In this document: piece by piece, positions 7,179-16,006 of the stretch
Position numbering within the stretch: the stretch's first letter is position 1
Layout of the letters: every line of letters starts with the position of its first letter
IMG/VR virus record: IMGVR_UViG_3300008055_000251
Reading direction: 5' to 3' (one strand)
DNA length: 64,000 nucleotides
Source of the DNA: a virus
Notes under the pieces: model-generated
Told to the model about the DNA's origin: nothing
The model's database searches: none
Seen by the model: only the letters and a program-made list of their open reading frames with translations
Program-made: the position numbers and the translations under genes

Positions 7179-7490
7179 TTAATGCGGATGGCGCGGGGTT
7201 GGGATGTCCTGCTGAGCGGGGAGCGCAGTGTCCGGGGGCGTATGGATCTGGGCGGGGGACGAAGCGTCCGGGGTGTCATCAGGCAGGACGTTGATCAGGG
7301 CGTCCGGGTCACTTGTGAGGTTCTCTGCGAGGACCCACTGGGCGCGGAGGATGTCCTCGAAGCAGCGCTCGAGCAGAGGCGCCGTGCCGGCGAACTCGAA
7401 GGCGCCGTCCGGGCCGTCGCGTAGTTCCCAGTGGTAGTAGCCGTCCTCGGTGGAGCGGATGGTGATGTGGAGGGAGGAGTTGAAGGTCAC
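7179..7490 (-). CDS. hypothetical phage protein
   Basis: 103 aa ORF coupled to the upstream gene. Confidence 0.6.
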   Translation of the reverse strand: MTFNSSLHITIRSTEDGYYHWELRDGPDGAFEFAGTAPLLERCFEDILRAQWVLAENLTSDPDALINVLPDDTPDASSPAQIHTPPDTALPAQQDIPTPRHPH

Positions 7491-8068
7491 GGCTTTTCTC
7501 CGTGTTCAAAGCGTGCACTATTTGCAGCGATAAAAGCTTCTATTATTCGGGGAGAGTTCGCGGTGTACGCCTTATCTTCATGATCTGCCCGGTACACCCA
7601 TTCTTGTTTTGCCTTGGTTGTATCGCAGTCATCTAAGCGTGCACTTCTGCCGTCGAAGACTATACCAATCTTTCCGCATATGGGGCATTCACAGAAGTAC
7701 ATCGGCTCGTCCCATGTGCATTCTATCCAGCCAGGATAATAAGTGTCCGACAAGTCCTCTTTCTTGGTGGGATTACGCAAGCCATGGGCAACAAAATAAT
7801 CGTGGGGAGTGCTGCATTGAAATGAGTATAGTTTCGGATCTTGCCAAATGTGCGGTGCATCTTTTGAGTAAGGTTTTATCTCTAGCCAGGAGCCTCCGTT
7901 TACTTCAGGGAGCCAAAAATCAGGAAGATACCATCCAGCCTCAGTCATGTAGCCCTCTTTCTCGTATTCCCACTGCACGCCTAACTTTGTTAAGAAGACA
8001 GCCCAGCGCGCTTCTAAACGACTGCGGAAGCGGCACCCATAAATACGGGTCTCAACAGCTTTAATCAT
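7487..8068 (-). CDS. putative PD-(D/E)XK nuclease
   Basis: FRSRLEARWAVF...YLPDFWLP...WLEIKP (PD...ExK motif); visibly lower GC than neighbours. Confidence 0.7.
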   Translation of the reverse strand: MIKAVETRIYGCRFRSRLEARWAVFLTKLGVQWEYEKEGYMTEAGWYLPDFWLPEVNGGSWLEIKPYSKDAPHIWQDPKLYSFQCSTPHDYFVAHGLRNPTKKEDLSDTYYPGWIECTWDEPMYFCECPICGKIGIVFDGRSARLDDCDTTKAKQEWVYRADHEDKAYTANSPRIIEAFIAANSARFEHGEKP

Positions 8069-8072
8069 GACT

Positions 8073-8795
8073 TCAAGGTGCAAGACGAGCTTTATGAAGG
8101 CGCGAAGCGCCGTACCACCCGGCGATCTCGGGGGCCCACGCTTCGAGGTGGGGCCACATCAGATCGCATAGCGCTTGGATCTCAAGTTGGGCGTCGCGCT
8201 TCGCGCGCAGATCCATGAAATGCAGCAGGCTGCGCAGGTTGAAAGACACCACGAAGTCCTGGCGAATTGCGTAGGGGATGATGTCCCTGGCGTGTTCTTC
8301 GCTGAAGCCGTCCTCGAGCGCGAGCTTGTAGCGGCCAGCAGAGTCGATGCAGATGATGCGGTGGATCATCCGCTGGTCTTCGGTGTACTCGTACTTCTTG
8401 CCTTGGCGGTCTCGGTAGGTGCCGACCGGGCGGAGGTAGAAGACTTCTTCGACGTCGCGCTCACCAGTGCAGACATCAAGAATGCGCTTGCCGGTGTAGC
8501 GGCCGGATTGCACATCGAATGAAACGCCCACCCGGTGGGTGCGGGCTTGTTGCATCACCGAGTGAGGGAAGCCGCCGACGTTGAAGGTGATGGCCGGGTG
8601 CTCGAGGGGTCCGTAGTGACCGCGCTCCCCGGCGAGTAGGTGTTTGATGATGAGGGCGCCGGCCTCGGATTCGCTCGGGGGCTCCTCGTCAAAGACGAAG
8701 TTCTCGCTGTAGTCCTGGTGCATTGCCCACCAGCAAAGCGTCTGAGGGTGTTCGGTTCTATTTAGAACCTCAACGCGGAAGTAAGGATCTTTCAC
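8073..8795 (-). CDS. thyX: FAD-dependent thymidylate synthase ThyX
   Basis: GHYGPLEH, QQARTHRVGVSFDVQSGRY (RHRxxSxxxxSxR-type motif, cyanobacterial variant), NLRSLLHFMDLR; GTG start at 8795 overlaps the upstream stop. Confidence 0.95.
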   Translation of the reverse strand: MKDPYFRVEVLNRTEHPQTLCWWAMHQDYSENFVFDEEPPSESEAGALIIKHLLAGERGHYGPLEHPAITFNVGGFPHSVMQQARTHRVGVSFDVQSGRYTGKRILDVCTGERDVEEVFYLRPVGTYRDRQGKKYEYTEDQRMIHRIICIDSAGRYKLALEDGFSEEHARDIIPYAIRQDFVVSFNLRSLLHFMDLRAKRDAQLEIQALCDLMWPHLEAWAPEIAGWYGASRLHKARLAP

Positions 8796-8947
8796 TTCTG
8801 CTCTCCTCGGCGCCAGTAGATATTGAGATTCACCAGGCAGCCAAGTGCGAGGAGCTTCCACGCGCCTTGAGCAAAGATCGCCACCACGCAATACGCGATG
8901 AGCGTGAGGATATTCTCGATGAACTGATGGCGGTTGATGTTGCTCAT
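8792..8947 (-). CDS. small membrane protein
   Basis: Manual translation MSNINRHQFIENILTLIAYCVVAIFAQGAWKLLALGCLVNLNIYWRRGEQK; GTGA overlap with thyX. Confidence 0.55.
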   Translation of the reverse strand: MSNINRHQFIENILTLIAYCVVAIFAQGAWKLLALGCLVNLNIYWRRGEQK

Positions 8948-8951
8948 GGAA

Positions 8952-9206
8952 TCAGCCCTTGCGGAAAGTGATCGGCTTTGACGAGCAGTGCAGCTGCGGG
9001 ATGCGCCACGTCTTGCCGTCGCGGTCGTAGAGATGCAGATGGGGGAAGCCCAGCCACAGTTCGCCTCCGATCACCGTGAAGGTGTCATCGGTCGGGTGGC
9101 CCTTCACGTAGACCAAAGAACCGATGCGGAAGCGCCAGGGGTACACCTGATGGGTATCGGCTGGCTTTGGCGCAAGCGTCATCGGTACTGACGGAATGAT
9201 CGGCAT
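8952..9206 (-). CDS. hypothetical phage protein
   Basis: 84 aa ORF in operon. Confidence 0.65.
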   Translation of the reverse strand: MPIIPSVPMTLAPKPADTHQVYPWRFRIGSLVYVKGHPTDDTFTVIGGELWLGFPHLHLYDRDGKTWRIPQLHCSSKPITFRKG

Positions 9207-9209
9207 GGC

Positions 9210-9782
9210 TCAAGACGCGAGTGAAAGAGGAGTGACGATTTCGCGTACCCGGCTGTGAAGCGTGAGTAGCGAGCCGTCGTTGACCAGGCGGCGGTCGAAG
9301 AGCGGGTATTCGTCGAGGCCGCCCTCGGAGGTGTGATCGGTTTGGCGTTCGTTGCCCGGGCGTTCGATGCGCCAGAGCTCACCGCCGAGACGGCGGATCA
9401 GGGCGGCTTCGTTGGGGAACCTGCAGTCATCCACGACGACAGGGATGCCGGCCTCGAGCTTTTGCTGCGTTGCGCGTTCCCAGCACATCAGCCAGACCTG
9501 GGGGTGTACGCATTGGCGGCCCCACTCGGTACCGAGGAGCTGCATCAGTTGCCGGGGTGTGGTGCGGATGCCTTCGATGACGTCGTTCTTGCCGGCCTCG
9601 AGGAAGTAGTCGATTTCGCTTGGGCCGTAGCCCAGCTGGATCAGGAAGGTGCGGACCATCAACTTGATGGGGCGCGCGAAGGGCACGGTGTAGAAGCCGT
9701 GCTCGGTGAGGTAGGCGGCGACGGTGGATTTACCGCTGCGGGGAGCGGGGCTGTAGAGGCCGATCAGGCGAGGTGAAGTCAT
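9210..9782 (-). CDS. deoxynucleoside monophosphate kinase
   Basis: LIGLYSPAPRSGKST P-loop, FARPIK, PRQLMQLLGTEWGR, VVVDDCRFPNEA, HTSE motifs of the phage dNMP kinase family. Confidence 0.9.
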   Translation of the reverse strand: MTSPRLIGLYSPAPRSGKSTVAAYLTEHGFYTVPFARPIKLMVRTFLIQLGYGPSEIDYFLEAGKNDVIEGIRTTPRQLMQLLGTEWGRQCVHPQVWLMCWERATQQKLEAGIPVVVDDCRFPNEAALIRRLGGELWRIERPGNERQTDHTSEGGLDEYPLFDRRLVNDGSLLTLHSRVREIVTPLSLAS

Positions 9783-10180
9783 GAGCGTGCGCGCTTTTCG
9801 ACGATGGAGGGATCAAGGATTCCGAGTAGGGCGAGGTGCATGGCCGCCCCGGCGCGGCGGTAGATCTCGGGTGGGCGGCCTCCGTTCTTGGGGTCGCCGA
9901 GGATTGACCAGAGCAGCGCGGTGAACTGACCGGTGATCAGGTCGGCGTTGCTGGGTTGGGCGAAGAGCGCGACCAGCGAGTGCAAGCAGTGCGACGCGAG
10001 GATCTCGGGGTCGAATCCGAGGTTCGCGAGCTCATTAGCGAGGGCACGCAGCTGGGTGCTGCCCGGGCCGAGATCTGCGTAGGTCAGGCCGCGCTCGGCA
10101 GCGAGTTGCCCGACCAAGGAGCCGGCGAGCACGGTGGCGAGGTATTCCTCGAGCTTGTTGGGGTCATCTGCCACGGTCAC
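9779..10180 (-). CDS. hypothetical phage protein
   Basis: 133 aa ORF coupled on both sides. Confidence 0.65.
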   Translation of the reverse strand: MTVADDPNKLEEYLATVLAGSLVGQLAAERGLTYADLGPGSTQLRALANELANLGFDPEILASHCLHSLVALFAQPSNADLITGQFTALLWSILGDPKNGGRPPEIYRRAGAAMHLALLGILDPSIVEKRARS

Positions 10181-10857
10181 CTCGCGTAAACGAAGCGTTG
10201 GAGCCGTGCCAAGAAGTGCTGGTAGTACTGCGTTAAGCCGCTCTCGTCGATGACTTCGATCTGAGGTGCTTCGTCAGGCAGAGCGACAACGAGCATCGCT
10301 TGTTTGATGTGCAGGCCCATGTGGCCGTACACGTAGTTGGCGGCGTTGACGTAAGCCGCGCACTGCAGGGAGTACTCGTAGATCTTGTTGGGCTTACGAG
10401 GGGTGTCGGCTGTCTTCCAATCGAGAAGTGTCGGCTGGAGATCGTCCGAATCGAGATAGGCGATGCAATCCAGGGCGCCGGCGTAACCGTCGGGGTGCCA
10501 GACACCGCCCTCGAGGAGGAGGGTGTGATTGATGCGGTCGAGGAAGCGGCGGCTGCTCTTCCAGTACGGGGTGAGCAGGGCGTCAAAGCGGGGCTCGGTG
10601 CCGTCCGTCAGGAAGCGCTCGATGTTGTTGTGGTGCGCGGTGCCGCGAAAGCAGGCGATCTTGAGGATCTGATTGGCGCGCTCGACACCGATGGATTCGC
10701 GCCACTCTTCGAGGCCGGAGTTGTCACGGGAGCCGGAGAGCACCGTGGTGACAGAGGGCATGCGCCCGCTGGGGGTGTCGTAGGTGCGGGTCTCGCCGTC
10801 GTGCCGCACCAATTCGTAGCGGGGCAAGGCGCGGAGACGTTCGGTGAGGACTGACAT
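10177..10857 (-). CDS. PD-(D/E)XK exonuclease (Cas4-like fold, phage recombination type)
   Basis: MPSVTTVLS, RGTAHH, YAGALDCI, LLDWKT, YSLQCAAY motifs. Confidence 0.85.
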   Translation of the reverse strand: MSVLTERLRALPRYELVRHDGETRTYDTPSGRMPSVTTVLSGSRDNSGLEEWRESIGVERANQILKIACFRGTAHHNNIERFLTDGTEPRFDALLTPYWKSSRRFLDRINHTLLLEGGVWHPDGYAGALDCIAYLDSDDLQPTLLDWKTADTPRKPNKIYEYSLQCAAYVNAANYVYGHMGLHIKQAMLVVALPDEAPQIEVIDESGLTQYYQHFLARLQRFVYAR

Positions 10858-10867
10858 GGCGAAGTGC

Positions 10868-10897
10868 AAAAGAAAAGGGCGGGTTGGAAGCCGCCCC
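10868..10897 (-). terminator. rho-independent terminator
   Basis: GGGCGG-loop-CCGCCC followed by TTTTCTTTT on the minus strand, after the SSB-like gene. Confidence 0.6.
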
Positions 10898-10915
10898 GTT
10901 TATGAACCAGTCAGC

Positions 10916-11452
10916 TCAGGCCGTCGGAGCGGCCCAGGGGTCCTTGCCCTCGTACAGGGCATCGAGGTTGACCTCGGGCATCGTTTCGTACTGCTTGGCG
11001 ATCTCGGCTTTGACCGGCTTCGGCGGAGCGGCGAGCAGGGTGTAGGTGATCTTTTCGCCTTTCTGCTCGCGGGCGATCTTGATGTCGTACTGCGACCAGT
11101 CGCCGTAGTCCTCGTCAGCCAGGTACTTGGCGAGCTGCTTGAGCACGGAGATCTGAGTGAGCTCGAGGATCTTGAACTCAGAGTCGTCGTAGTCCCAGAC
11201 GACGCCAGCCATGAACTTCTTGGCAGCGATGCTGCCGTTCATGTCGGGCTTGATGTTGTCGGGGAGCTCTTCGGGCTTCAGTTCCCAGCGGACGGGCTTG
11301 TTTTCGGTCGTCCAGGCGGTGTAACCCGAGATGCCGTGGCCCATGTAGCGCAAGCGCTTTTCGCCGTCAATCTTGCTGAGATTGACGTAGCGACCAGAGC
11401 CGCCGGACTCGGTCAGGACTTCTTCGAAGAAGGTTGCGTCGAGGACTGCCAT
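10916..11452 (-). CDS. putative ssDNA-binding/recombination protein
   Basis: FMAGVVWDY...KILELTQ...YDIKI...TYT pattern and short aromatic-acidic tail (LYEGKDPW); adjacent to the exonuclease. Confidence 0.6.
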   Translation of the reverse strand: MAVLDATFFEEVLTESGGSGRYVNLSKIDGEKRLRYMGHGISGYTAWTTENKPVRWELKPEELPDNIKPDMNGSIAAKKFMAGVVWDYDDSEFKILELTQISVLKQLAKYLADEDYGDWSQYDIKIAREQKGEKITYTLLAAPPKPVKAEIAKQYETMPEVNLDALYEGKDPWAAPTA

Positions 11453-11468
11453 TGGAAAGAGGGTGTTG

Positions 11469-11651
11469 TTAAGTAAGGGGCGACGTGCCCTTGGCCTGGA
11501 CGAGGTGCGAGCGCACCAACACCTCGCATGCCTGCGAAGGTGAAGCGTCCGTGGCCCGGGCGAGGTTGACCAAGTGCTCGTAGGCGGTGTCTGTGAGGTA
11601 CAGGTGCCGCTTGCGCTTCAGCTCGCCGTAGAGGCGGTGCTTGGTGCCCAA
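11469..11651 (-). CDS. small RHH-like DNA-binding protein
   Basis: KRHLYLTDTAYEHLVNLARATDASPSQACEVLVR. Confidence 0.55.
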   Translation of the reverse strand: MGTKHRLYGELKRKRHLYLTDTAYEHLVNLARATDASPSQACEVLVRSHLVQAKGTSPLT

Positions 11652-11672
11652 GGCATTTGGTCAACTGAAATC

Positions 11673-11701
11673 AGCCTAGTTCGGGTGGCTGGTGCCGTCA
11701 A
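11673..11701 (-). promoter_or_regulatory. sigma-70-type promoter
   Basis: TTGACG (11701-11696), 17 nt spacer, TAGGCT (11678-11673). Confidence 0.6.
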
Positions 11702-12030
11702 CCGATCTCGGAAAGGTTGGTCGAGTCTCCTGAGTCCAGGAATGGATAGTCGTGTGCTGCGCCTCGTGTGCAGAAGGTGCGGCGACCTGACCGTTCTCGG
11801 GTGTAGGGGATCAGAGGGGGAGCGACTGTGGCGGGCGTCCGGCGCCACGCAGCGTGCAGCTCGGCGAAGGGAGCTAAGGCGTGTAGCGAGGTGCAGGTGA
11901 CCTCGAACTCGGGTAAGTCGGCCTCGGTGCCACAGAGGAGGGTCGCGCTGTCGCCTAAGGCGCGAACTTCAATCAGATAGGCGTAATCCCAATCAATGGT
12001 GCTGATGGGAACGGGGCGACAGCAGTTCAA
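11698..12030 (-). CDS. hypothetical phage protein
   Basis: 110 aa ORF. Confidence 0.5.
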   Translation of the reverse strand: MNCCRPVPISTIDWDYAYLIEVRALGDSATLLCGTEADLPEFEVTCTSLHALAPFAELHAAWRRTPATVAPPLIPYTRERSGRRTFCTRGAAHDYPFLDSGDSTNLSEIG

Positions 12031-12126
12031 AGCTGCGTTTGGTTACAACGCAGCAAATGTAGCTGGTATGTAGTGCCTGCAGGCTTGGTTAACGCTACAG
12101 ATGGTGTGAGAAATCTGCAGCAAAGC

Positions 12127-12876
12127 TTAAGAGCGTTTTTCTTGTAGCAGATGCAGCAGCTCGTCTTCTGTGCGTGGGCCGCCCAAAGCGCTTGTCAGAG
12201 CAAGGACGGCGGGAAGCTCGGCGATCAGCTCGTCGGGGCTCCAGACATAGGTGTTTTGAATTACACCGCGCGTATTGGTGAGGCGTTCGGGCTCTTTGAC
12301 CGGGTAGGACCCACGCAGGATGCGGTCGAGATCGGTGATCAGATCGAGGTCTTGGTCGCGGATCAGCTTGCGGATCAGGGCGCCCCAGTTGGAAGAGATG
12401 TCTTCAGCCTGGGCATCGGTGAAGAAGGCTTGGCGCAGGTCGATGTCCTGAGGGACGCGCAGGCCGCAGAAGACCTCGTAGAACCAGCCCGCTGAGGGGG
12501 GCTTGCCGTCCTCGGTGATGGCGAATGCTTGTGAGTAGAGGCGGCTGCTGTCCGTACCAGGAATGAGGCGTTTTTCCGTGCTATATCGGTAGACGTAGTA
12601 GTTCAGGCGTTCTATCGCGACGAAGGTGCGGGGTCCTGGGTTCTCAGTCTTGAGGTGGCGCAACCCACTGATTTGGGAGCTGTGCAGCCAGCGCACACCA
12701 CCCATGGCGCAGGAGGCGAGCTCGGTCATCACGGGGTGGGACCAGCAGTTGGTATCCATCCAGCGGGAGAAGAGCAGCTTGAACGTGCGCCGTCCCTTTT
12801 CGTAAATCGCGGGGTAGTCCGGCACGTCCGTTTTGAAGGTGCTATCGGGCGTGTGCTCCAAAAGTGAACCGTGCAA
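12127..12876 (-). CDS. putative HTH regulator (immunity repressor candidate)
   Basis: LHSSQISGLRHLKTENPGPRTFVAIERLN resembles an XRE-type HTH; gene is divergent from the replication operon. Confidence 0.5.
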   Translation of the reverse strand: MHGSLLEHTPDSTFKTDVPDYPAIYEKGRRTFKLLFSRWMDTNCWSHPVMTELASCAMGGVRWLHSSQISGLRHLKTENPGPRTFVAIERLNYYVYRYSTEKRLIPGTDSSRLYSQAFAITEDGKPPSAGWFYEVFCGLRVPQDIDLRQAFFTDAQAEDISSNWGALIRKLIRDQDLDLITDLDRILRGSYPVKEPERLTNTRGVIQNTYVWSPDELIAELPAVLALTSALGGPRTEDELLHLLQEKRS

Positions 12877-13008
12877 GGCGTGTCCTGACTCTAAATACCA
12901 TATCTGCCTTAACTACTAGGCTTCATACATTCTTCTTGCTTATCGGACGGTTGTCCAGAACTGGTTGGACGGTTAGGTTGACCAGTACCTGAGAGCCGCT
13001 AGCGCAGT

Positions 13009-13038
13009 AAAAAGCCCCTCCCTGGCGGGGGAAGGGGC
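13009..13038 (-). terminator. rho-independent terminator-like hairpin
   Basis: AGCCCCT...AGGGGCT stem followed by TTTTT on the minus strand. Confidence 0.45.
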
Positions 13039-13070
13039 TCTCGGGTGTCTCAATTACGTCTAGAGGCTAC

Positions 13071-15803
13071 ATGACCAATGGTACCAATGCAAGCGGTTTT
13101 CCCTGGAAAGGGGAGAGCGCGATCAATTTGCTGCGTAACAACGTCTTCCCTTCTGCTTGGCACTTCGTGCCGGTTGCTGGCAAGAAGACCTTCGTGAAGC
13201 AATGGGCTACACAGCCTCTGACGAAGGACCTCTGCATCGAGGCTTACAACGCCAACAAGGCATACAACGGCGTCGGTGTCGTCACGGGCTCCTTCTCTGA
13301 TGGCTTGATCGCCCTCGATATCGATGGGCCTCTGGCTGATGCTCGCTACAAGGCGCTGGCCGGCGAGGAGTACGAGCCCTACGGCGAAGAGCAGACCATG
13401 GCCTGGACCTCGGGGAAGGAGGGTCGCAGGCAGATCCTCTATCGGCTGCCGTCTCACATCACCGATGAGCTCTCGAGCCTCAAGACGCTGATCCTCAAGC
13501 TGGATGGCGAGTGGTACTCGGGCTCGGGGGACAAGGACCGCGTTGTCGGGGATGAGGCACTGCCCGAAGGCGAGGAATACCAGGAGGTGGTCCTTCGGTT
13601 CAATAACTGCCAGAGCGTGCTGCCGGGCTCGGCGCACCCTGAAGGGCGGCGCTACAAGTTCCTCTCGTACAACGGGGGTATGCCGGCGAAGGCACCGGGA
13701 TGGGTGTTCGATGCTGTGCGGCCCTACCGCAAGCCGGTGGCCTTCCTCTCAGAGGAGATGGCTGAATCGGTCAAGGATCTCGGCGACACGATCATCCCGC
13801 CGCGGCAGATCCGGGGCTGGTTCTTCAAGGATGAGATCCAGGCGAAGCTCATGCCTCGGCTCACCGACCTCGTGTTCAACCACCCGGTGTTCGACGAGTA
13901 CGGGTGGAAGGAGACCGGTGGCAGCAAGCCCCAGATGAAGTGTGGGTGCCCTTGGCACGGGGGGTCGTCTGGAACCACCTTCTCCTTTGCCATGGAGTCC
14001 GGCTGTTGGGACTGCAAGGCGTGCGACGTGCATGGGGACCTGCTGGATTTCGTTCACAAGATCCGCACCAACAACAAGCACGCGGGCAAGCCGTGCGGGG
14101 TCGACCTCGAGAACTACGTCGCGGAGATCACCACCGCCCTCGGGTACAACTACCCAGAGGACGCCAGGGCGCAGGTCGTCAAGGAGGTGCCTCGTCTCCT
14201 GCTTGATGAGGTCCAGTTCCACGAGGCGCTGATCAAGATCAACGACGAGGAGACCAACCCGGCGATTCGCATCGGCCGGATGGCGGGTCTCGCGGCTGAG
14301 ACGGGGCGCCGCCTCACCGGGGTCCAGTGCCTCGCGGCGATGGAGGAGTACCGCTACTACAAGCGCTCGAAGGAGAAGAACGACAAGGCCGAGTGGTGGG
14401 AGAACGTCGAGAAGATGGACTTCCTGGTGCCGAACCTCTTGATGAGGCCGACGCAGGTGATGCTCCACGCCGCTGGCGGCCTCGGGAAGACGTCGGCCTG
14501 CATGGGTCTGGCCAAGGCCGTGGGGCGCGGCGAGAGCATGCGGATCCGGGGGATCGACCTACCGGTGAAGCAGGGCACCGTCCTCTGGATTCAGAACGAT
14601 CAGAACCCGGCGAAGCTGCTGCGTGACTGCGAGGACAACGGCATCAACCCAGCCGTGGACCGGTGGTTCATCGTCAAACGGGGGTGGCAGCTCAACCACG
14701 AGCAGGAGATGGTCTCCTGGATCAAGGCGTACAAGCCCGCCCTCGTGGTTGTGGACTCGATTGGGTCCTGCTCCACTCAGATGCAGATCGAGGAGAAGGA
14801 CAAGGCGTTTGCGCACCCCCTGTACTTCTACGCCGACAAGAACGGGGATCCCACTGATGGGGGCTTCCCGGCGACGACGTTCATCTGGATCCACCACGAC
14901 AACGCTCACGGCGACGCCAGGGGTACCCGCTACCTGATCAATGCCATCGATGAGCAGTGGCACCTCAGGCCGACCACCGAGGACGAGCGGGAGGCGATCC
15001 GCGAGAAGGGGAGCAACCCCTCGAACTGCCGCATGATCGCGATCAAGAAGTCGCGCCTTGGGCGGCAGGGCGACCTGCTGGTGGTGGAGCGCGATGAGAA
15101 CTTCGCGTACTCGGTCTCGGACTACACCCCGACTGAGCGGCGTGAGGACGACGGGAAGGGTGCTCCGGAGCCTCACACGATGGCGCTGCGCATCGTCAAG
15201 GACCGGGTCAAGGAGGCGTGCGAGGAGGGCTCGACCCTCAAGGACCGGATGACCGCCAAGGAGGTCTGGGAGCGTCTTGTGGAGGAGATGAACGGGCAGC
15301 TCCGTCTACCGCCCTCGAGCAAGACGGTGAAGCGCTGGCTTGATCGGTGGGTGGAAGACGGGGTGCTCTCTCAGGGCAAGCCCCTGCCTGTTGAAGGACA
15401 GCGCAAACCGGCCCCTTCCTATACGCTTCCCCCCTCCTGTACGCGCGCGTTGCGTATGGAGAAGAGGCTCGTGTCCGTCCTTCCCCGAGAACGGTTGCAG
15501 GAGAACGGATCTTTGAAAGAACACGCTGAGGGCCGGGAGGAAGTTGTCTCTTCATCCGAGGACGTGACCAACTCGTCCTTGGTTGGCGAGCAAACTGCTC
15601 AGAGAATGAACGGACACGCGCCGGATGAGGTCAAGATGTCTGTTCAGGAGATCCCTGTCCCAGAGGGCGATCTCGGGGATGAGCGCCCAAAAGGCACTTC
15701 TAAGCACACTAAAGAGGAACCCGAGGTCGAACCCCCCGCTCGAAGGGAGCTGCGGTACTACCAGGGACCGGAGGACGACTTCTCGGCACTGTTCGAGGAA
15801 TGA
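13071..15803 (+). CDS. primase-helicase (Prim-Pol N-terminus, Zn-finger, RepA/AAA_25-type helicase)
   Basis: GVGVVTG...LIALDIDG and QSVLPGSAHP Prim-Pol motifs; CPWH...WDCKAC zinc ribbon; Walker A AAGGLGKTS; Walker B LVVVDS. Confidence 0.9.
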   Translation: MTNGTNASGFPWKGESAINLLRNNVFPSAWHFVPVAGKKTFVKQWATQPLTKDLCIEAYNANKAYNGVGVVTGSFSDGLIALDIDGPLADARYKALAGEEYEPYGEEQTMAWTSGKEGRRQILYRLPSHITDELSSLKTLILKLDGEWYSGSGDKDRVVGDEALPEGEEYQEVVLRFNNCQSVLPGSAHPEGRRYKFLSYNGGMPAKAPGWVFDAVRPYRKPVAFLSEEMAESVKDLGDTIIPPRQIRGWFFKDEIQAKLMPRLTDLVFNHPVFDEYGWKETGGSKPQMKCGCPWHGGSSGTTFSFAMESGCWDCKACDVHGDLLDFVHKIRTNNKHAGKPCGVDLENYVAEITTALGYNYPEDARAQVVKEVPRLLLDEVQFHEALIKINDEETNPAIRIGRMAGLAAETGRRLTGVQCLAAMEEYRYYKRSKEKNDKAEWWENVEKMDFLVPNLLMRPTQVMLHAAGGLGKTSACMGLAKAVGRGESMRIRGIDLPVKQGTVLWIQNDQNPAKLLRDCEDNGINPAVDRWFIVKRGWQLNHEQEMVSWIKAYKPALVVVDSIGSCSTQMQIEEKDKAFAHPLYFYADKNGDPTDGGFPATTFIWIHHDNAHGDARGTRYLINAIDEQWHLRPTTEDEREAIREKGSNPSNCRMIAIKKSRLGRQGDLLVVERDENFAYSVSDYTPTERREDDGKGAPEPHTMALRIVKDRVKEACEEGSTLKDRMTAKEVWERLVEEMNGQLRLPPSSKTVKRWLDRWVEDGVLSQGKPLPVEGQRKPAPSYTLPPSCTRALRMEKRLVSVLPRERLQENGSLKEHAEGREEVVSSSEDVTNSSLVGEQTAQRMNGHAPDEVKMSVQEIPVPEGDLGDERPKGTSKHTKEEPEVEPPARRELRYYQGPEDDFSALFEE

Positions 15804-15982
15804 CGCAGGTCGCGTGTCATGTCCTCGAGGCCCTGAAGCATCAGGTGGCAGATCAGGGCTTTGGCGCTGAAGTGACCTCGGATCAGGGAGCTCGCCAGTT
15901 TTTTGAGCTCCCCGAGGTCGGTGCATTCCTCAACTTGGCGTAACGCTGCTTCCTCCGCAAATTTCAGCGAGAGGTTGTCCAT
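15758..15982 (-). CDS. NblA-like (phycobilisome degradation) small helical protein
   Basis: MDNLSLKFAEEAALRQVEECTDLGELKKLASSLIRGHFSAKALICHLM; LS..F-x7-QV spacing and two-helix hairpin resemble NblA; judged by eye only. Confidence 0.5.
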   Translation of the reverse strand: MDNLSLKFAEEAALRQVEECTDLGELKKLASSLIRGHFSAKALICHLMLQGLEDMTRDLRHSSNSAEKSSSGPW

Positions 15983-16006
15983 CCGCTCAATCGCAGTTAT
16001 TTCACG

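Noticed and set aside
10177-10857. Cas4-like nuclease as sign of a CRISPR system
   Set aside because: No repeat-spacer array or other cas genes; the context (SSB-like, dNMP kinase) indicates a phage recombination exonuclease
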